A DNA stretch of 50,902 nucleotides, the filler included, from Catajapyx aquilonaris (lineage: Eukaryota), in the NCBI GenBank assembly GCA_000934665.2. It is 2 parts of 2 records of this genome, joined end to end, with 100 filler letters (N's around TTAATTAATTAA, not from the genome) between each part and the next. Parts side by side here need not be neighbours in the genome. Positions count along the whole stretch, not along the records: positions 1 to 25,400 come from JYFJ02005368.1; 1 more part is not named here. One strand, given 5' to 3'. Positions 1-14,144 of the stretch are shown piece by piece (positions within the stretch are counted from its first letter, which is position 1; every line of letters begins with the position of its first letter). The notes beneath the pieces are model-generated. The model made no database searches. It was not told the DNA's origin and saw only the letters and a list, made by a program, of their open reading frames with translations. A program made the position numbers and the translations under genes.

Positions 1-452
1 GTTAGTATCCTCAAACAGGCCCACCAAGTAAGCCTCACTGGCCTCCTGAAATGACAACAGCAATGCAATGCAGTAGTTGCAACCACAATTTTACACTACA
101 CTTGATATAAAGACCATGAAATGCTACAGGACAGGCCAAAAGACTTCCCAAACCCTCCTAAGGATATAATGACTGTATTGCTTCTAGCGAAAATCTTTGA
201 AATTGTGGCACATTTATCTTGGGCATAATTAAAACCAGATCAGTCACTATGTTATGTAGAGTGAATGGCATTAAACAACCAGATGGTACAATATTACTTG
301 TCGGATGTGAAGGGTCATTATGCTCTGTCCAACGAGTATCAACATACATGCATGCATGCACCCACCAGGTGAATCATCTCAGGGTTTGGCCACTCCTTTT
401 TCAATTGTACACATGCTTAGGATTACTCATAATTGTAATCACTGTTCATTAA

Positions 453-963
453 CCTGTTGAGGGCGACGGGCCTCATATGAGGATCTGTGGATGTTTGAAT
501 TTGGCGTGCTAAAATGTGCACACAGAATTCGAACTTTGTGGTTCCAAATTTGGTTCAATATACTCCTGCCATCTCTTGGATGGTGACTAAACTACCATGA
601 CCCCCCCACAATCCACTGGGTGGGAGCAAAGCTGAGTCGAACATGCCAAGGCCATGCGGCTGCCGCGTCATCTTTCATGTAAAAAAACTCCCTGGGTACA
701 GGGTGCCCGTGAAGTCTGGACCCTTGGGAGTTTCTCATAGGTACAGTTATTATGTAAACTTGTTAAGCCTATCGACATTATGCGAGACAAACGATTCTTA
801 AAATATTATTTCTGGAACACCCCGTAGATAAATATTTCCAGCATTTTACATTTAAAAGGACCACCACAAATTAAAGTGATTAATTTTGGCACGAAGTTAA
901 TATCACTCCTACATCAAATTTTGGACAAAGAAAAAACCTGCCAAAAACTCAGCCGTCAACAGG
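453..963. mobile_element. piggyBac-like MITE
   Basis: TTAA on both sides (449-452, 964-967). TIR CCTGTTGAGGGC vs reverse complement CCTGTTGACGGC (11/12). No coding capacity. Confidence 0.8.
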
Positions 964-2905
964 TTAAGGAAGCTCTGGAACATAATGATTATGATTATGT
1001 GAACTGGTACACTAAAAAAAATAAGTGTCCTACCCTCACTCAGATCTAATCAAGTATCTTGCATACTCTTGACAAAATTGTCAGTGGCAGTCTTGCACAA
1101 TGTAAACTGTACAACTGACTTGCCTGCCTTCCACAGAATACTGAACTTGGTTACTAGCCTTAACTGAACTGCTGCAAACCCTAGTTTTGATCAAGTGTTG
1201 CTATCAGCAGTAAGCATGACATATGTGACTGTGGGCCTGACAAAGAAATGCCTAGACAGGGGGGTGTTACTCTATCCCAGAATTCCAGTACAAACACTGG
1301 AACTTCATAAACGCTTCTTCCTAACACTTTATGGCCAAAAAATGTGTCTGCCATGATGCACATCTCTCACACTGCATTTCTTGTCATGGACATGTCAGTG
1401 GGAAAAGCTGATGGGTGAGAGACTAGTACATGCTAACAGTCCTACCTGCAAAATGTTCGCTCAAACTCAAACCAACCCCGAGCCATACCAGCAACCAAAA
1501 AATGTTTCAACCTGGGTGCAAATGATAATTTCCTGTGTGAAGATGATTATCACCTTTACCGTTTAACTCTGCCAAACAAATCAATAAAACATTTTTACAT
1601 TTACCCTGGCCTCTTACTGATTTTTAGCCTACACTATTTCAAGAGTCTCAAGTACCAAAATAGCAACTTTTCAGGAGAGTTTTATTTGTTCCATCTGCAT
1701 AATAAACATGTGAAGGACATTAAAAAACCTGTAAGTAATCGTTTAAGGCTTCCACACCTTTCATGGTAATAACCATGGTCCTGCATGACGAGAATAACGG
1801 GGGGGGCAATAGCAAAGTTAGTCCAGTGCAATAACGCTTGATGTCCACCACACAAAGCTGTGCAACAAAGTTGGATACACCACTCTTTCAAATTTTTTAA
1901 TAATGTTTATGAATTGACCCAGTCCCTGTAGAACCGCTGCATGTATTCGGATAAGTAGTAGGTCGTGAAAAACGACTGCACGATCACACAGACAAAGTCG
2001 CGTGGGAGGCAGGCAGCACATCCAACCTTGTCACAGAACGAACCTAAAGCAGTCCCAAAACAACCCTTCCACTTCCATCTAGCAAGTGAAACTAGTACTA
2101 TTATGTGCAGAATGGCCCACCGAACTAAAAACACCAGAAAACTTTAAACCAAGGCAGATGGCACTTTAAACCTTGTTTCAGGTCACCCTTCATTTAAAAC
2201 CCCACTAGTGTCACTGCCTTCCACCACGAATCTCAACTCCACACTACTCTGCAAGTGAGAAAACTTCAACCAATCTGCTGCTACTCTCAAACATGCTTAC
2301 TGAAGAACTAAATGGTGGCTCTACTAATCCAGCTGTACCCCACAAAAGACAAACATGGAAGACATGACCATGCAAACTGCTGGTGATCGCTGCCAGGGTT
2401 AGTGGCCACCGTAAATCTGCATCTAGGCTGAGTCAAAGATTGTTGGGAGGCTTAATTCCTGATTAAAACTAATACTGTATTGGCCATTTCATGTAGACAG
2501 CAGACGGCGTCAAGCAAGGGATAACCACTTCGTGGAACCAGTGTACAGGGTCCCAATGGAACAAGGCTGGATCCACCCAGTTCCAGGAACTGATGTACAA
2601 TTTTTTGGAGAGTGGTTACCCCCCTTGCTGTCAAGTTCCCTATTTCATCTGCAATAAGCTGTCATCCATTTCCCACCTGCTTCCCAGCTGCTTAATTTGT
2701 AAAACAGCCTTAAGGCTGGTGTGTGAGATTATTACATTCAAAATAAGTTGTTCATCATTCATTGTTGGTAACAGCAGGCCTACTCTAAACAATGAAAAAG
2801 GATCAACTCCTTATTCTGGATTAACTACCCATCACACAACCTAGCATGTGGGAATTACATTAACTAGTGTAGAAAATATGTGCAACTCGAGTGAATTTAG
2901 CCTCT

Positions 2906-3409
2906 CAGGGTTCCCACGCGTTTTTAAGAGTGAAATTCCCGACATTTCCTGACTGTCGTATTTTCCCGACCTTTTCCCCAACACATGGGCTACTGTTTCT
3001 GCTAAAATTGCTGAGTATTTTCGCCCAGTTTTAATATCCGCTCCCTGAAATTTTGCGAACAAATTTCAAATTGAAAAACGTAAAAAATCATTAATTGTAC
3101 GATCTTGATATGCCGATATATCAGTCAAAAATATCGATAAAATCGATACAGCAGGTGTCAATAAGTACCCTACTTATAGCCCGTTTTAGCCCTATTCAGT
3201 AGCTGGAGTGGTAGAAGGCAAATTAAGGAAGAATACGCTCTCTTCCAGAGCCTAAGCTACTGCATTAATAAAACCGGACACGAGACAATGTCCAAAAGCC
3301 AGAAAAAATTGCGCGCAGCAGGCAAATTTTTGGGGGTTCAAGCTTCGTTTCAGTTTTGTACAAGGTCGGGAATAAGCAAATACGAATTCCCGACAGCATG
3401 GGAACCCTG
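2906..3409. mobile_element. hAT-like MITE
   Basis: TIR CAGGGTTCCCACGC ... GCATGGGAACCCTG. No matching 8-bp TSD; the right flank runs directly into another element's truncated TIR. Confidence 0.65.
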
Positions 3410-3891
3410 ACACTGGCTGTCGACGGTCTTGTCTATGCTTGCGTTGCCACCCAATCAGAGCGGGCCCTCGTGGTCAAAGTGGCCGCTGAAAACGGTCGAC
3501 AGAAATGTTGAATTTGTTTTTGGTCGAGGTTCCTGTCGATTTGGAACTGCGACCGGCCAATAAGACGACGCGCTTGGACAGAGCGAGTGCGCACTGATGC
3601 AGCGCTCATGTTTCATAACTGAGAAACAAACGTGTAAACTACCACTTCTGGCAAAAGAGCAGCAGCTCGCACAAATCAGAGAGGCCGAAACAGATGGCTG
3701 CCACGGTGGATCCACGGGACAAGGCCCTCGTTTTATGAGTGCTGTACTGTACGCCATTGCCCGAGTACAGAGGCATGATGCAGACAATGTGAGCCTAGCC
3801 TTCGGAAGAAAAGGTAACATGCGGCACTAGCGGCAAAGACCAAAACCACCAGCACGTAGGCAAGACAGTCGACAGCCAGTGTGAATAGCCC
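3410..3891. mobile_element. PIF/Harbinger-like MITE, left end truncated
   Basis: Inverted repeat ACACTGGCTGTCGACGGTCTTGTCTA ... TAGGCAAGACAGTCGACAGCCAGTGT. The right end continues GAATAGCCC followed by TTA; the matching left terminus is missing. Confidence 0.55.
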
Positions 3892-5815
3892 TTAAGGTCA
3901 GCCACAAACAGGCGACTTTGGAGTGTGGCAACTTGGAAGCCCCCCCACTTAATTTTTTGCATGCAAGAAGTGATCTGGCGGCACCTTCAGGAATCAGGTA
4001 CTGTTTGCATCCCGCCTCCCGCCTGGATGCACAGGCAACAAGTTACTCCTGAATTACCGTTTGCACCTGGCCTACGGTCAGGCACAAACAGACAATACAG
4101 GAGAAACTTGTTGCATGAGCAACTTTGCTGGGATGAAAACAGCACATGTGCTGTGAAACTCCACCTGCGAGTTGCCAAGTTTCTTGCATGTAAGAAATCT
4201 TGATCTTGTAATCAGCTCCTAGTTGCCTCGATCCAATATCGCCTGTTTGCACCAGTGTACCAGCCTACATCACCTAGCGGTCTTCACTTCTTCGATACAA
4301 AGCTTTCTTTGCCAAGATTTCCCAGTCTTCATAAAAATGTAATTTCCAATTTTCCATTTCCATTTCCTTTCAGCAAGAGATGGTACATTGTAACCGAGTT
4401 AATTTCATGACCAATCCCCGTAACCACCCAGGAAACCAGCCCACAAATCCAAGAGAAATGATCTCTGTGGAGTCCATTTCCTCAACTTCATCAAAATTAG
4501 TAATTACCACTACAACAGTGCCCAAATGTATGCAGCAACTAACACTGCACATTGGTTCCTATCAATTCACACCTAACACCATAATCAATACTCCATATAA
4601 GGATTACAACATGATGTGCCATGATAAACCAATAAGTGAAGGCAAAAAAAATAGGGGTATAGGGCCTATCAATGGCCAGGTCAGCCCATACAATGTTCTT
4701 TTACTACTCTCCGCTTCAGATAAGTCTGAACCTTTTTGGATACCCATACACCTGAAAGTAGTGCCCCCCATGCTGGGGCCTACTGGTCCTAACAAAATGC
4801 GCAGTTTGTGTAGCGCTGCAGCTATCACACAGGCTGACCATGATAATTAGGCATTCGAATTACATGTACCAGCACTGTTACTATGAGAAAGCCAGTGATA
4901 CCGGGGACTAATTTTGCAGCGGCTCACCCCCTCGGGCGTATACCCAAAAAGGTTCAGACTTATGTGAATCGGAGAGTAGTTCAGGGAAATGCTCTCTTCC
5001 CCTACCCACCACATTCTCCTCTCCCCTCCCACTACAGAACTTCCACATCCTGTAGCCCAGGCACCTCTTACTGTTGCAGCATTTGCAAGGAAGATTTTTG
5101 GTCCTTTACTTGGTAAAACACAGTAACAAGGATCGAGTGCCTTTATGCCAGGTAATGATCCTTTCTACAAAATATCCCAGGCATGAAACCCACAAACTAT
5201 CATTTGACTTGTGCTGCAAAGTGAAAACCAAAATGCACGCTAAAGACACCATCAGGTAATCAGCTATCCTGATCTCACTAACTCTTAACCTCCCCAAAAG
5301 TGACTACACCTAACCTTTTGCAATTAAGCCTACCCTATCATAAGCTTAATTCCAGCTGGTGTATGCCATCTTTGTACTTCAAGTGCATATACCACTTGCT
5401 CCTGTACTGGCATGCACAGGAGATGGATCTCCAAACCACCCCCCAATCCACCCTTTTGCTCCACACCACCACTCCCAGAACATATGTTCAGTCAATATCA
5501 CAATTGGGACACTAATTCTAGAATCGGCTTGGGCAATACCACGGCAGCAGAGCCTGCACATCACTGAAACTAATTCCTCGGTTCCTGAAATAAAATAAAA
5601 ATCTCACCTAACCTCGATAAAATCATATGTCAGAGACAGTCACCTAAAGCACTTTCAGTACTACGCTACCCTCTCCCACGATCAATTGTTCGCATTCAGT
5701 TGAGAGATTACTGCAAGATGTATTCCAGGATGTAACCAATCCTGTCAGCAGAAATGCCCCCACCACCCTCTCGCCCCCCTCTTCTGGTTTCTAGCCACAT
5801 GACTTTCGTTGCTCA

Positions 5816-6190
<375 letters not shown>

Positions 6191-6619
6191 TCACTCCTGA
6201 AATTTGCAGACAGTTAAGAAACAAACCGGGTCAAGCAGCACGGATCTAGGTTACCGAGTGGTAATATTGCCTTCAAATTTGTCAAAAAGCGCGACCCAGT
6301 ACACACAGGCAAAGTAAACCCTCGTTCTAAGACCCTGTGACACCGCCCCCAATAGTCGACCTCGGAGGACAAAGACTTCACAACATGGCCGCCATGCAAT
6401 AACAGGAATCCCAAAAAAATGGGTGTTACCAAATCCCAGTTTCAGCCGCCGCTACGGGTTTCTCACAACCGAAACCAGGCAGATTCGTACATATTCAGAA
6501 CCAGCGAAACACCAGCAATAAAACTTACCTAGTTTTGTGGGTTTGGGCTGACGTTGAATCCCTCACAGGGTAAGCTTAGAACTCTCACGAACAGGCAACC
6601 ACACTACCACCCTAGAAAA

Positions 6620-6785
6620 TTGTGATGGCCGCAAGAGTGCCAGAGCGGTGGAGAGCGTGCCTGTCCAGTGACGTCACAGCTTTCTACGCTACGATTGGTC
6701 AAAATAAGGGGATCTACTATTGGTTCCCGCCCCGGCAGAACTGGTCTGGGGTTGGTCAAAATAAAAGTCTTCCCTATTGGTCGGA
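6620..6785 (-). promoter_or_regulatory. H3.3 promoter: CRE, CCAAT array, GC box, YY1-like motif
   Basis: Palindromic GTGACGTCAC at 6668-6677. ATTGG (CCAAT on minus) at 6694, 6719 and 6776, plus variant GTTGG at 6751. CCCGCCCC at ~6726 and ATGGCCGC at ~6625. All lie just upstream of the non-coding exon. Confidence 0.75.
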
Positions 6786-8970
6786 ACTTTGGACAGAAAA
6801 TGTGAAACCTGTGTGCTTCTGGAATGCGTGTTTTTTGGCGATGTTTTGCTAATTATTTGGGGAGCTGATAAATAAAGGAGCCCCCCCGGTGCGTCCCGGT
6901 CTGACGCAACCCCCTGGTGCTATGCTGGCATAACTGCCCACTTTAATGACATTGGCAAGCAAAAATATGTGTTAGTTGGTACTACATTTGTGTTTACATT
7001 CCGTAGCAACCGTTGAACTATTGCACCACATGGTGTGTGTTTGTCCTTGGACAAGTTGCATGATCTGGATGCAACCGGTGCGTCCGGTATGCACGTTTTT
7101 GTTGATCACATGCGATATTGATTATTATCAATGATATGCGACTACGATAAAGGCGGAAGCGAGGTGAAACTGCAGGTGTGACATGTGACATAATCCTCAC
7201 ACCCACTTCCCCCTGTCTACGCTCGATAATGAACCGCCGTTGTTGATGTTCCCACCCTGCTTCCTTTTCTGCCAATACTTGCCATCTCCATCCGATCAAT
7301 TTTGATTTTGCGCGGCTCTTTCAAACCCACACAGAGATGGCGTTGACAGCATTTACGGTACGGTACCTATCCCCCCTGATCCCCCCACACCCACTTGGAT
7401 TTTTTTTTTTTAATAATCAAAATTCATATTTAAATACTGGAATTTTGGCACGGATTGCATTATTAGATAAATTGTTGACCTTTGATTTTCTCTCTGGAAT
7501 AGCAGATGGTTTTTCCTTATTATGATCAGAAATTACTTGAACTTTTACTGTGTTTTTGCCAAGGCTTTGCTCTGGATATAAAAACCGTGTGTCCATTTGA
7601 TACACATACCCACACACACAAAAAACTTGTTAATGGCTAGAAATAAGTTGGGACCGTGGTTGGGACCATTTGGTCCATATGGCATCTGGGGGAGGGGGTA
7701 ACTCTGCTGGACTTTCTCACGAAGGCGGTTAACAAAACCACCTGGATGGAATATTGCGACTGCGAATTGGGCGTGATAAGCCGGTTTTACATGTCTCAAA
7801 AAGGCGGGTATTTTTTTTCTACCAGGAGATAATCAGCAACATCCCGAGTTGAACAAATAATGGGTCAGTAACTTTTGTCCCAGTGGCAGACCAATATTTT
7901 TTGGGCTATGAGCTTGATTATTGGGGACTCCTTTATTGCAACCAGCAACAACGGGTCAACTGCATCCAACAAGGTCAATAGGGCATTTATTCTCGGATGT
8001 TGCAAGGACCTCCAGGCCCAAATGGCAGATATAATAGGGTGGTGGAATGAGTCAGTGAAAATGGGCCATGCACCAGCAACGATACCACAAATTATTATTT
8101 TTTAATATATTAACCATTAAATCTAAGATTTTCATTAAAATTGCTGTAGACTGGGTTAGTCAGTCACCTGTGTGAATTAAAATTTTCCAGACAATGAATG
8201 AGTGGCACAAACACAACATCGGTGCCGGTACTTTTAAAAATGCAGACAATCCGCCGCCTCTAAAAATCACTCGACATCAAGTGGAAATCCAACATATGTG
8301 TGTACTTCACACATGCTCACACAAAAGAGCAAAAGGCGCCCTGGGAAACTTCCTAGCACAGACTACCCAGAGTGCCACACATGGGGTCCACCCATGTGCA
8401 CCCAATTAAGTTTCATCAGCAACTTCAGGTATAGATCCTCTCCAACTTCCTGAATCGTTTCTTTTCTTTTCAAGGCGAGCCAGATAAAAACTGATCAAAC
8501 AAAAGCTGTTCATCATCATCATCATCATCATCTGAAACAGACTGACAACTTGCCAACTGCATAAGAAACAACTCCAATTAAATAAATAAATAAATATGGG
8601 TATTCTTGCATATTCTTTTTGGTCAAGGTACTTCAGCACATTGGCTTATAGCCTTATTTTACTAACAAACGCATTTCATAGATTTGGTTGAAAAATTCGC
8701 TCATTTAAAAAAAGTTACTTCAGGGGCCTATTAGAAAAATACAATTTACATTTGCAATATTGTTTATTAAGTCCTCTTTCAGTATTCATAAATTATTATC
8801 CATCAGTCTACATTTGAATGAGGTGCACCCATACACCACAAATTAATATGATGGTTAATTCTTCTGTAGCCATGCAGGTAGTAAACCCCAAAGGATAAAA
8901 ATGGAGAGTGGACTTTCAATAAGGCCCTTTTTGTAGCTGCGTGTTTGTAGATTATTTGAGGTAGGCCCTA

Positions 8971-9393
8971 CCTTAAACTAGGGTGACTTGGGACAGGGCT
9001 GGGACTTGGGACAGGGCTGGGACTTGGGACACTATTGCAATTTTTTCACTTTGACAGGTGTTATACACACTACACTAGCAGTAGATAATATCATTAGTCT
9101 GTAAGTGCCTTAGTATCTTAAAGGATTCTTGTTCACTGCAGACCATTATTTTGTAGTCTGGTTTTGTTTCTTTAATGATTTATATATCTTCTTGAATCAG
9201 AATTGCGACAATCACCATCTGTGATGCATGTTAATATAAACTTTATATTGGTTACATTTTTAAAAGGCTACAGCTTTTTTAAAAGCTCGAAAATGGTCCC
9301 AAGTCACCCTGCTAGTGGGTGTGACTTGGGACAACTTTTTATATTTAAAAAACAATTAATGTTCCAATTTTTTGTCATTACTAACAGCCTCGA

Positions 9394-9471
<78 letters not shown>

Positions 9472-9912
9472 GGGTTAGTGCACCGCCCATTGATGGGCAT
9501 CTGGCATGGTACCTTTATTGTTGCTTTTAGGTGTACAGCTACATTTTTGGTCCTTTCCCGTAACGCCCGGGTACCGGATAGGGGATGACAGGAGGGGATG
9601 TGCAAGTGCAGTGCAATGCTGTACGAGGTCATTTTGTGAGTGGATTTGTCTGTAGGATATTCCACCCAGAAACGAAGCCTGAGACGACCCACACTCTGCA
9701 CGAGATGAAGGGGGTGTCCCCGGGCAGGATTTGATCCCGGGACCCTAACATCCGTGGGTGCACACGTTACCGCAGCGCCACTCCATCTCCCCTCAGCCTC
9801 GAGTACAGATCCTAATATAGAAGATCAAATGCTTTTTTTTTGTCCAACGAAGATTTAATTTTCTGCAAAATATGCTAATTTCATCCCAAGTCACCCTAGT
9901 ACTAGTTTATGG
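8971..9912. mobile_element. pogo/Tc1-mariner-like MITE interrupted by a SINE
   Basis: Terminal inverted ACTAGGGTGACTTGGGA / TCCCAAGTCACCCTAGT. The GACTTGGGACA motif is repeated subterminally and internally (9297-9333). Confidence 0.65.
9397..9793 (-). mobile_element. tRNA-derived SINE (family A) with (TTA)n tail
   Basis: 12-bp TSD CAGCCTCGAGTA (9385-9396, 9794-9805). Minus-strand A box TGGCGCTGCGG and B box GGATCAAATCC. (TAA)n tail at 9395-9471. Homologous to 16395-16763. Confidence 0.88.
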
Positions 9913-11646
9913 TTGCCTATAGTTGTTGTTCTGGCTCCAGGATTGCCTTCTCACTGGAAGACGAGAAGAACCAACAAATAGATGATTGCAATACAGTATA
10001 TTCAATATGCATCTGGTGACGCTGACAAGTCAGTGCATCCATCCAATCATAAAATTATGCCTTAAACTGGTGGTTTATTGGATACAAAAGGTACAATAAC
10101 AGTAAGGCAATGTAGTGCACAAACGACACCCATAAGCATTTTATTTCACGAGTCATGGAAATATAAAATCTAATAACCTATTCATTTTGGCGCTACATAG
10201 TTACCTTGGTCATCATACTTCCATCACATACTTATTGTATGAGAACCAAGACCACCTTTGCAGGATGAAACTAGAACCTAGTTTGCCTCTGCCAGGAATT
10301 GCACCTAGCTTCATGCAATAAAGGAGGTTTTACACCAATTAGATTAGACGTGCAACTCACAATTTGGAAGGAACAATTTTAATCTGAGAAAGAAGTACTC
10401 ATATCATTCCATTCAGTAATATGTGCTCAGTCTATTTTAGTGATAATTTCATCCTTGGAGAGCAACTCTTCAAAGTCGTCCTTGCAAGGTAATCAGCTCA
10501 AAAATGCTGAAATTCGTTGATGCATGCATCCAAATTGTGAGCTGTGCATCTAACCTAAGCAGAGTAATACCTTCTTTAGGCATGTGGATTGATTCTGATC
10601 CCATTCATTAGGTGCAATCAGTTCAGAGTCAATATTCAAGTAAGTTCTCGTGGAAAATACTATTCCTGACGAAAACATTATCACAGGGGCATTTTCTATT
10701 TTCTACACATGATTGAATCGTACAATCCCTTGGTAATGCACACTTACTTTCTGAATCACCTTATTACATGTCAGTTTTCAAAAAACTTGATGAAACGACA
10801 AGAGAAAAAAATGGCCAGCTGTTACAAAGTATCCTGTCAATTGGCCAAACACACGATTCCTTCCCACGCAAATGCAATTCACTAATATTAATGTTACAAT
10901 GAGACATTGGGAATACAAGAAAACTAGGTCACACTTTTGATTTATGATGGATTCATGAATGTTGTGACAATGTAATAGTGAAAAATTCCTTGCTGGAAAC
11001 ATATTATGCTTTGTGCATTCTGAAAAATCTTGGTATGAACAGTACTTGCCAACAGCTCAGTAAAATTGACTCTGAAGTGTGACTTGCTTTCTCACTACAC
11101 ATCAGGTTTATTGCAACTCGGTCATCCCGAGAGTATTTTCAGTTGCAATGAGAAAAAAAAATCGCCTTAATGGTAAAAATAAAAATAAAAAATTCCAACA
11201 TCAGTTCTGCACTGCTCCATGCAGTGCAGCTTTGGTATAAAAATAGTAAATTACAATACAATGATTTGCAATTAGAAATGTTCATACTGTGCATCCCCTA
11301 ATATCTGCAAACAAACAAAAACTTTGTTCACGATTGACACGTTTCACTTTATTTTTTTTCTCTAAATATTGTGAAACTAAAGTAATACAAATGATCAAGT
11401 ACCTAAGATATAAAAAATTTCTTTGTACCAACACTTTCAGAAAGATCAAAAAGTTGAAAAATAATATAATAGAAAAACATGTAATTGTACAGCACATTGT
11501 TGCATACATAATTATTTTCCCATGCCCCTGGATATTATCAAATGTGATGCACAAAATTTGACAAACTAAAGGAGACTTCCGTAGCATAAAGGAGCTCTTC
11601 CAGAATTTATTTAGCTCTCTGTAACGATAATTTTGCATGCGAGTTG

Positions 11647-11807
11647 TAGTGTTGGACATAAATCGAGCATATTGCTCGAGACTTTTTCCGAAGCGGCAGA
11701 AAAAGGAATCGAAGATAAGAATACTGCAAGCCAGGCAAGCAAGATTCCTTCTTCTGCCAGTTCGGAAAATGTCGCTGGCAGTATTCCTTGATTTATGTCC
11801 AACACTG
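11647..11807. mobile_element. Tc1/mariner-type palindromic MITE (same family as 23951-24110)
   Basis: AGTGTTGGACATAAATC ... GATTTATGTCCAACACTG-TA. Interior matches 23951-24110 in the opposite orientation. Confidence 0.8.
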
Positions 11808-12032
11808 TACCTCATAATATTGGATGACAAAGTGAAACTTTTTTTCAGCATCTGCTCCTGAGCCGTGAAAACAAGATCTTGCATCTCATATTTGCAATAA
11901 ATCTATCACACTTGAAATGGTCACAGAAAATGCTAGGAACCTTCTAGAATTTTAATTTTTATGGACATGCTATATGACGTCCTATTTTTTACTCACATCA
12001 ACCTCACTGAAACCAATAAGTTTTATTCTTCT

Positions 12033-12064
<32 letters not shown>

Positions 12065-14144
12065 AGTATTATTATTATTATTATTTTTAAAAATCCATAC
12101 TCACAGCACAATGTGACTGCTTCCAACAAGGTATTACAAAGGTGGAAAATTATGCAGCCACTAAATAAACTGGAAGTCATCCACCATTTCCATAAAAATT
12201 AAAATGGATTGAAACGCCATAATGCTCCTAGCACTTCGTGGCTGTTTCAACTGCAAAAAAACCTGCAAATTCACAGGGTCCAAGCTCATGTTTTCACAAC
12301 TCAAGGGCCAGGCATTGAAAAGCTGAATTTCACTTTTTCATCAAATATTATGAGGCACAACATGCACTAAAAATCTTCGACACTGAGAGCAAAATCACTC
12401 CTGGAAGAGATCCTTTCATATGTCAAGTTACAAACAAGATGCCAACCACAAAATGGGAAACTTTAGCTGTTCTGGTTTTTGGAGTTATTTCTAATTTGGT
12501 TGTGGCAACGTACATCAAGCAAAATGATACAGTGCACCTTACTTTGTCACATTTTCATCACAAATTAAGTTAGAAATGAATCCAAAAATGAGAAATATCA
12601 CATTTGCCCATCTTATTCATCTCTTGTTAATTTTGTATACTGTACAAATATTGTGCCATTGAATGTTCTGAATTTCACTAACATGGTTATTCAAACAAAT
12701 GTCAACCCAAACTGACATCCAGATAACTGGGAAACAAACACAGAAAATGCTTTGGATGATCTGAATAGTTGAGAGGTGGGAGAGGGGTGTGACTTAAAAA
12801 AAAAGAACAATAACCACATAATTATGTATAACACACGACTTACTCTTCTTTTTAACTATAATGAATTAAAGAATTTGGAAGAATATTTTATGTGGCTTTA
12901 ACGTAATGCAACCTTCATGGCCCACTTAGCTTTGCATCATTAAGAGGTCCCTCAGGTAAACCGAATAGCACCAACTGAATAGTTTCCACATGTAAGGCAA
13001 TCAGCCTAACTCCCTTTCCTAGGGAACCTCCACTCTTCCCTCTCTTTGTTTAACCCATATAAATGTTTCAAGTGGTTTCAGAATAGCTCTAGGTGTTATA
13101 ACTAGACACAAAAACTTCCAGAAATAAAAGAAATGCAACCTTCTGTTTCTAAAGGCTGTTGAGCACTAGTGGCTAAATCCATAATGACTGATTTGACACA
13201 CATTCAAATCATGTCACACCAATGAATTAAGACACAGTAATGAAAGAAACTTGTTTATAAAGTACATGATTCAAAATGCTTCCACTGTGCCGGCGACGTT
13301 CAAAATTAACAATGATACATTGGACAAGTCTTTAGGTGTAGTCAGTCTTCAAACTTTCACTTAAAAAATTATTCTTTTTTTGGTGTAAGGTGATTATGCT
13401 TGTATTGCCTGATTCTGAGTTTATGCATCAGCCCTTGAAACCAATATAACAAAAAAGTACAAAACGAAAGTATTACAAACAAGAAAAAAAGCATACACCT
13501 CCAATCGGAATGTGATGTTACTGTACTTGCAACATAAGATTGCCATACCTACTTTCAACTTGGCAATGTTTATCCAGTACCTTCGATGCCTACAAAAATG
13601 TTTCCTACTTATGAGAGACTCACAACAACTGGCTTCATTAAATATTAAAGTTTGCCTCTGTTCATTGAGAATGTGCTAACTTACAAAACTACATACAAAA
13701 TTTTACGCAGATGGGTTTTCACATTGAAATCACATCATTTTAAATTTTCAGCAGATCACAAAAAAACAACAACTGGAAATTACTCTATACAATGAATGCA
13801 TTGTTGGAAATCTGATGCTCTTGCTTTGTGAAAGGCAAAAATTTCACATGAGGGAGATCCTAAATTCAAGACCCACTAGCATTAAATATGATATTTATGT
13901 TTACTACATTAGAACACCCTCAAACAATCTGATGCAGACTAAATAATTTAATGAAATGAGTCTTTTGTGATGTTTCCTTCTTAGCACACATTATTTCATG
14001 AAAATATTTTTTTAAAGCCTTGCCTTCATAATCATCTATTAATATACTGTGGGTGCAATTAATGTACATGATGAATTTCAAAAGTTATTCAACTTGAATC
14101 ACACACACTTGTTGTACTTTAACACCATGAACATGTTAGGAAAT

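Noticed and set aside
158..361. ORF containing IMPK, a possible last exon of H3.3
   Set aside because: Flanking residues do not match H3 (no AIHAKRVT or DIQLARR); chance match.
8979..9031. Short tandem GGGACTTGGGACAGGGCT repeats resembling a CRISPR or telomere array
   Set aside because: No unique spacers; these are subterminal repeats of a MITE in a eukaryotic genome.
9381..9701. ORF with poly-Ile run (and poly-Tyr ORF 16440-16778)
   Set aside because: Translation of SINE (TTA)n tails, not genes.
11282..11884. 200-aa ORF
   Set aside because: AT-rich, spans a MITE, has no recognisable domain, and lies in the probable unkempt 3'UTR.
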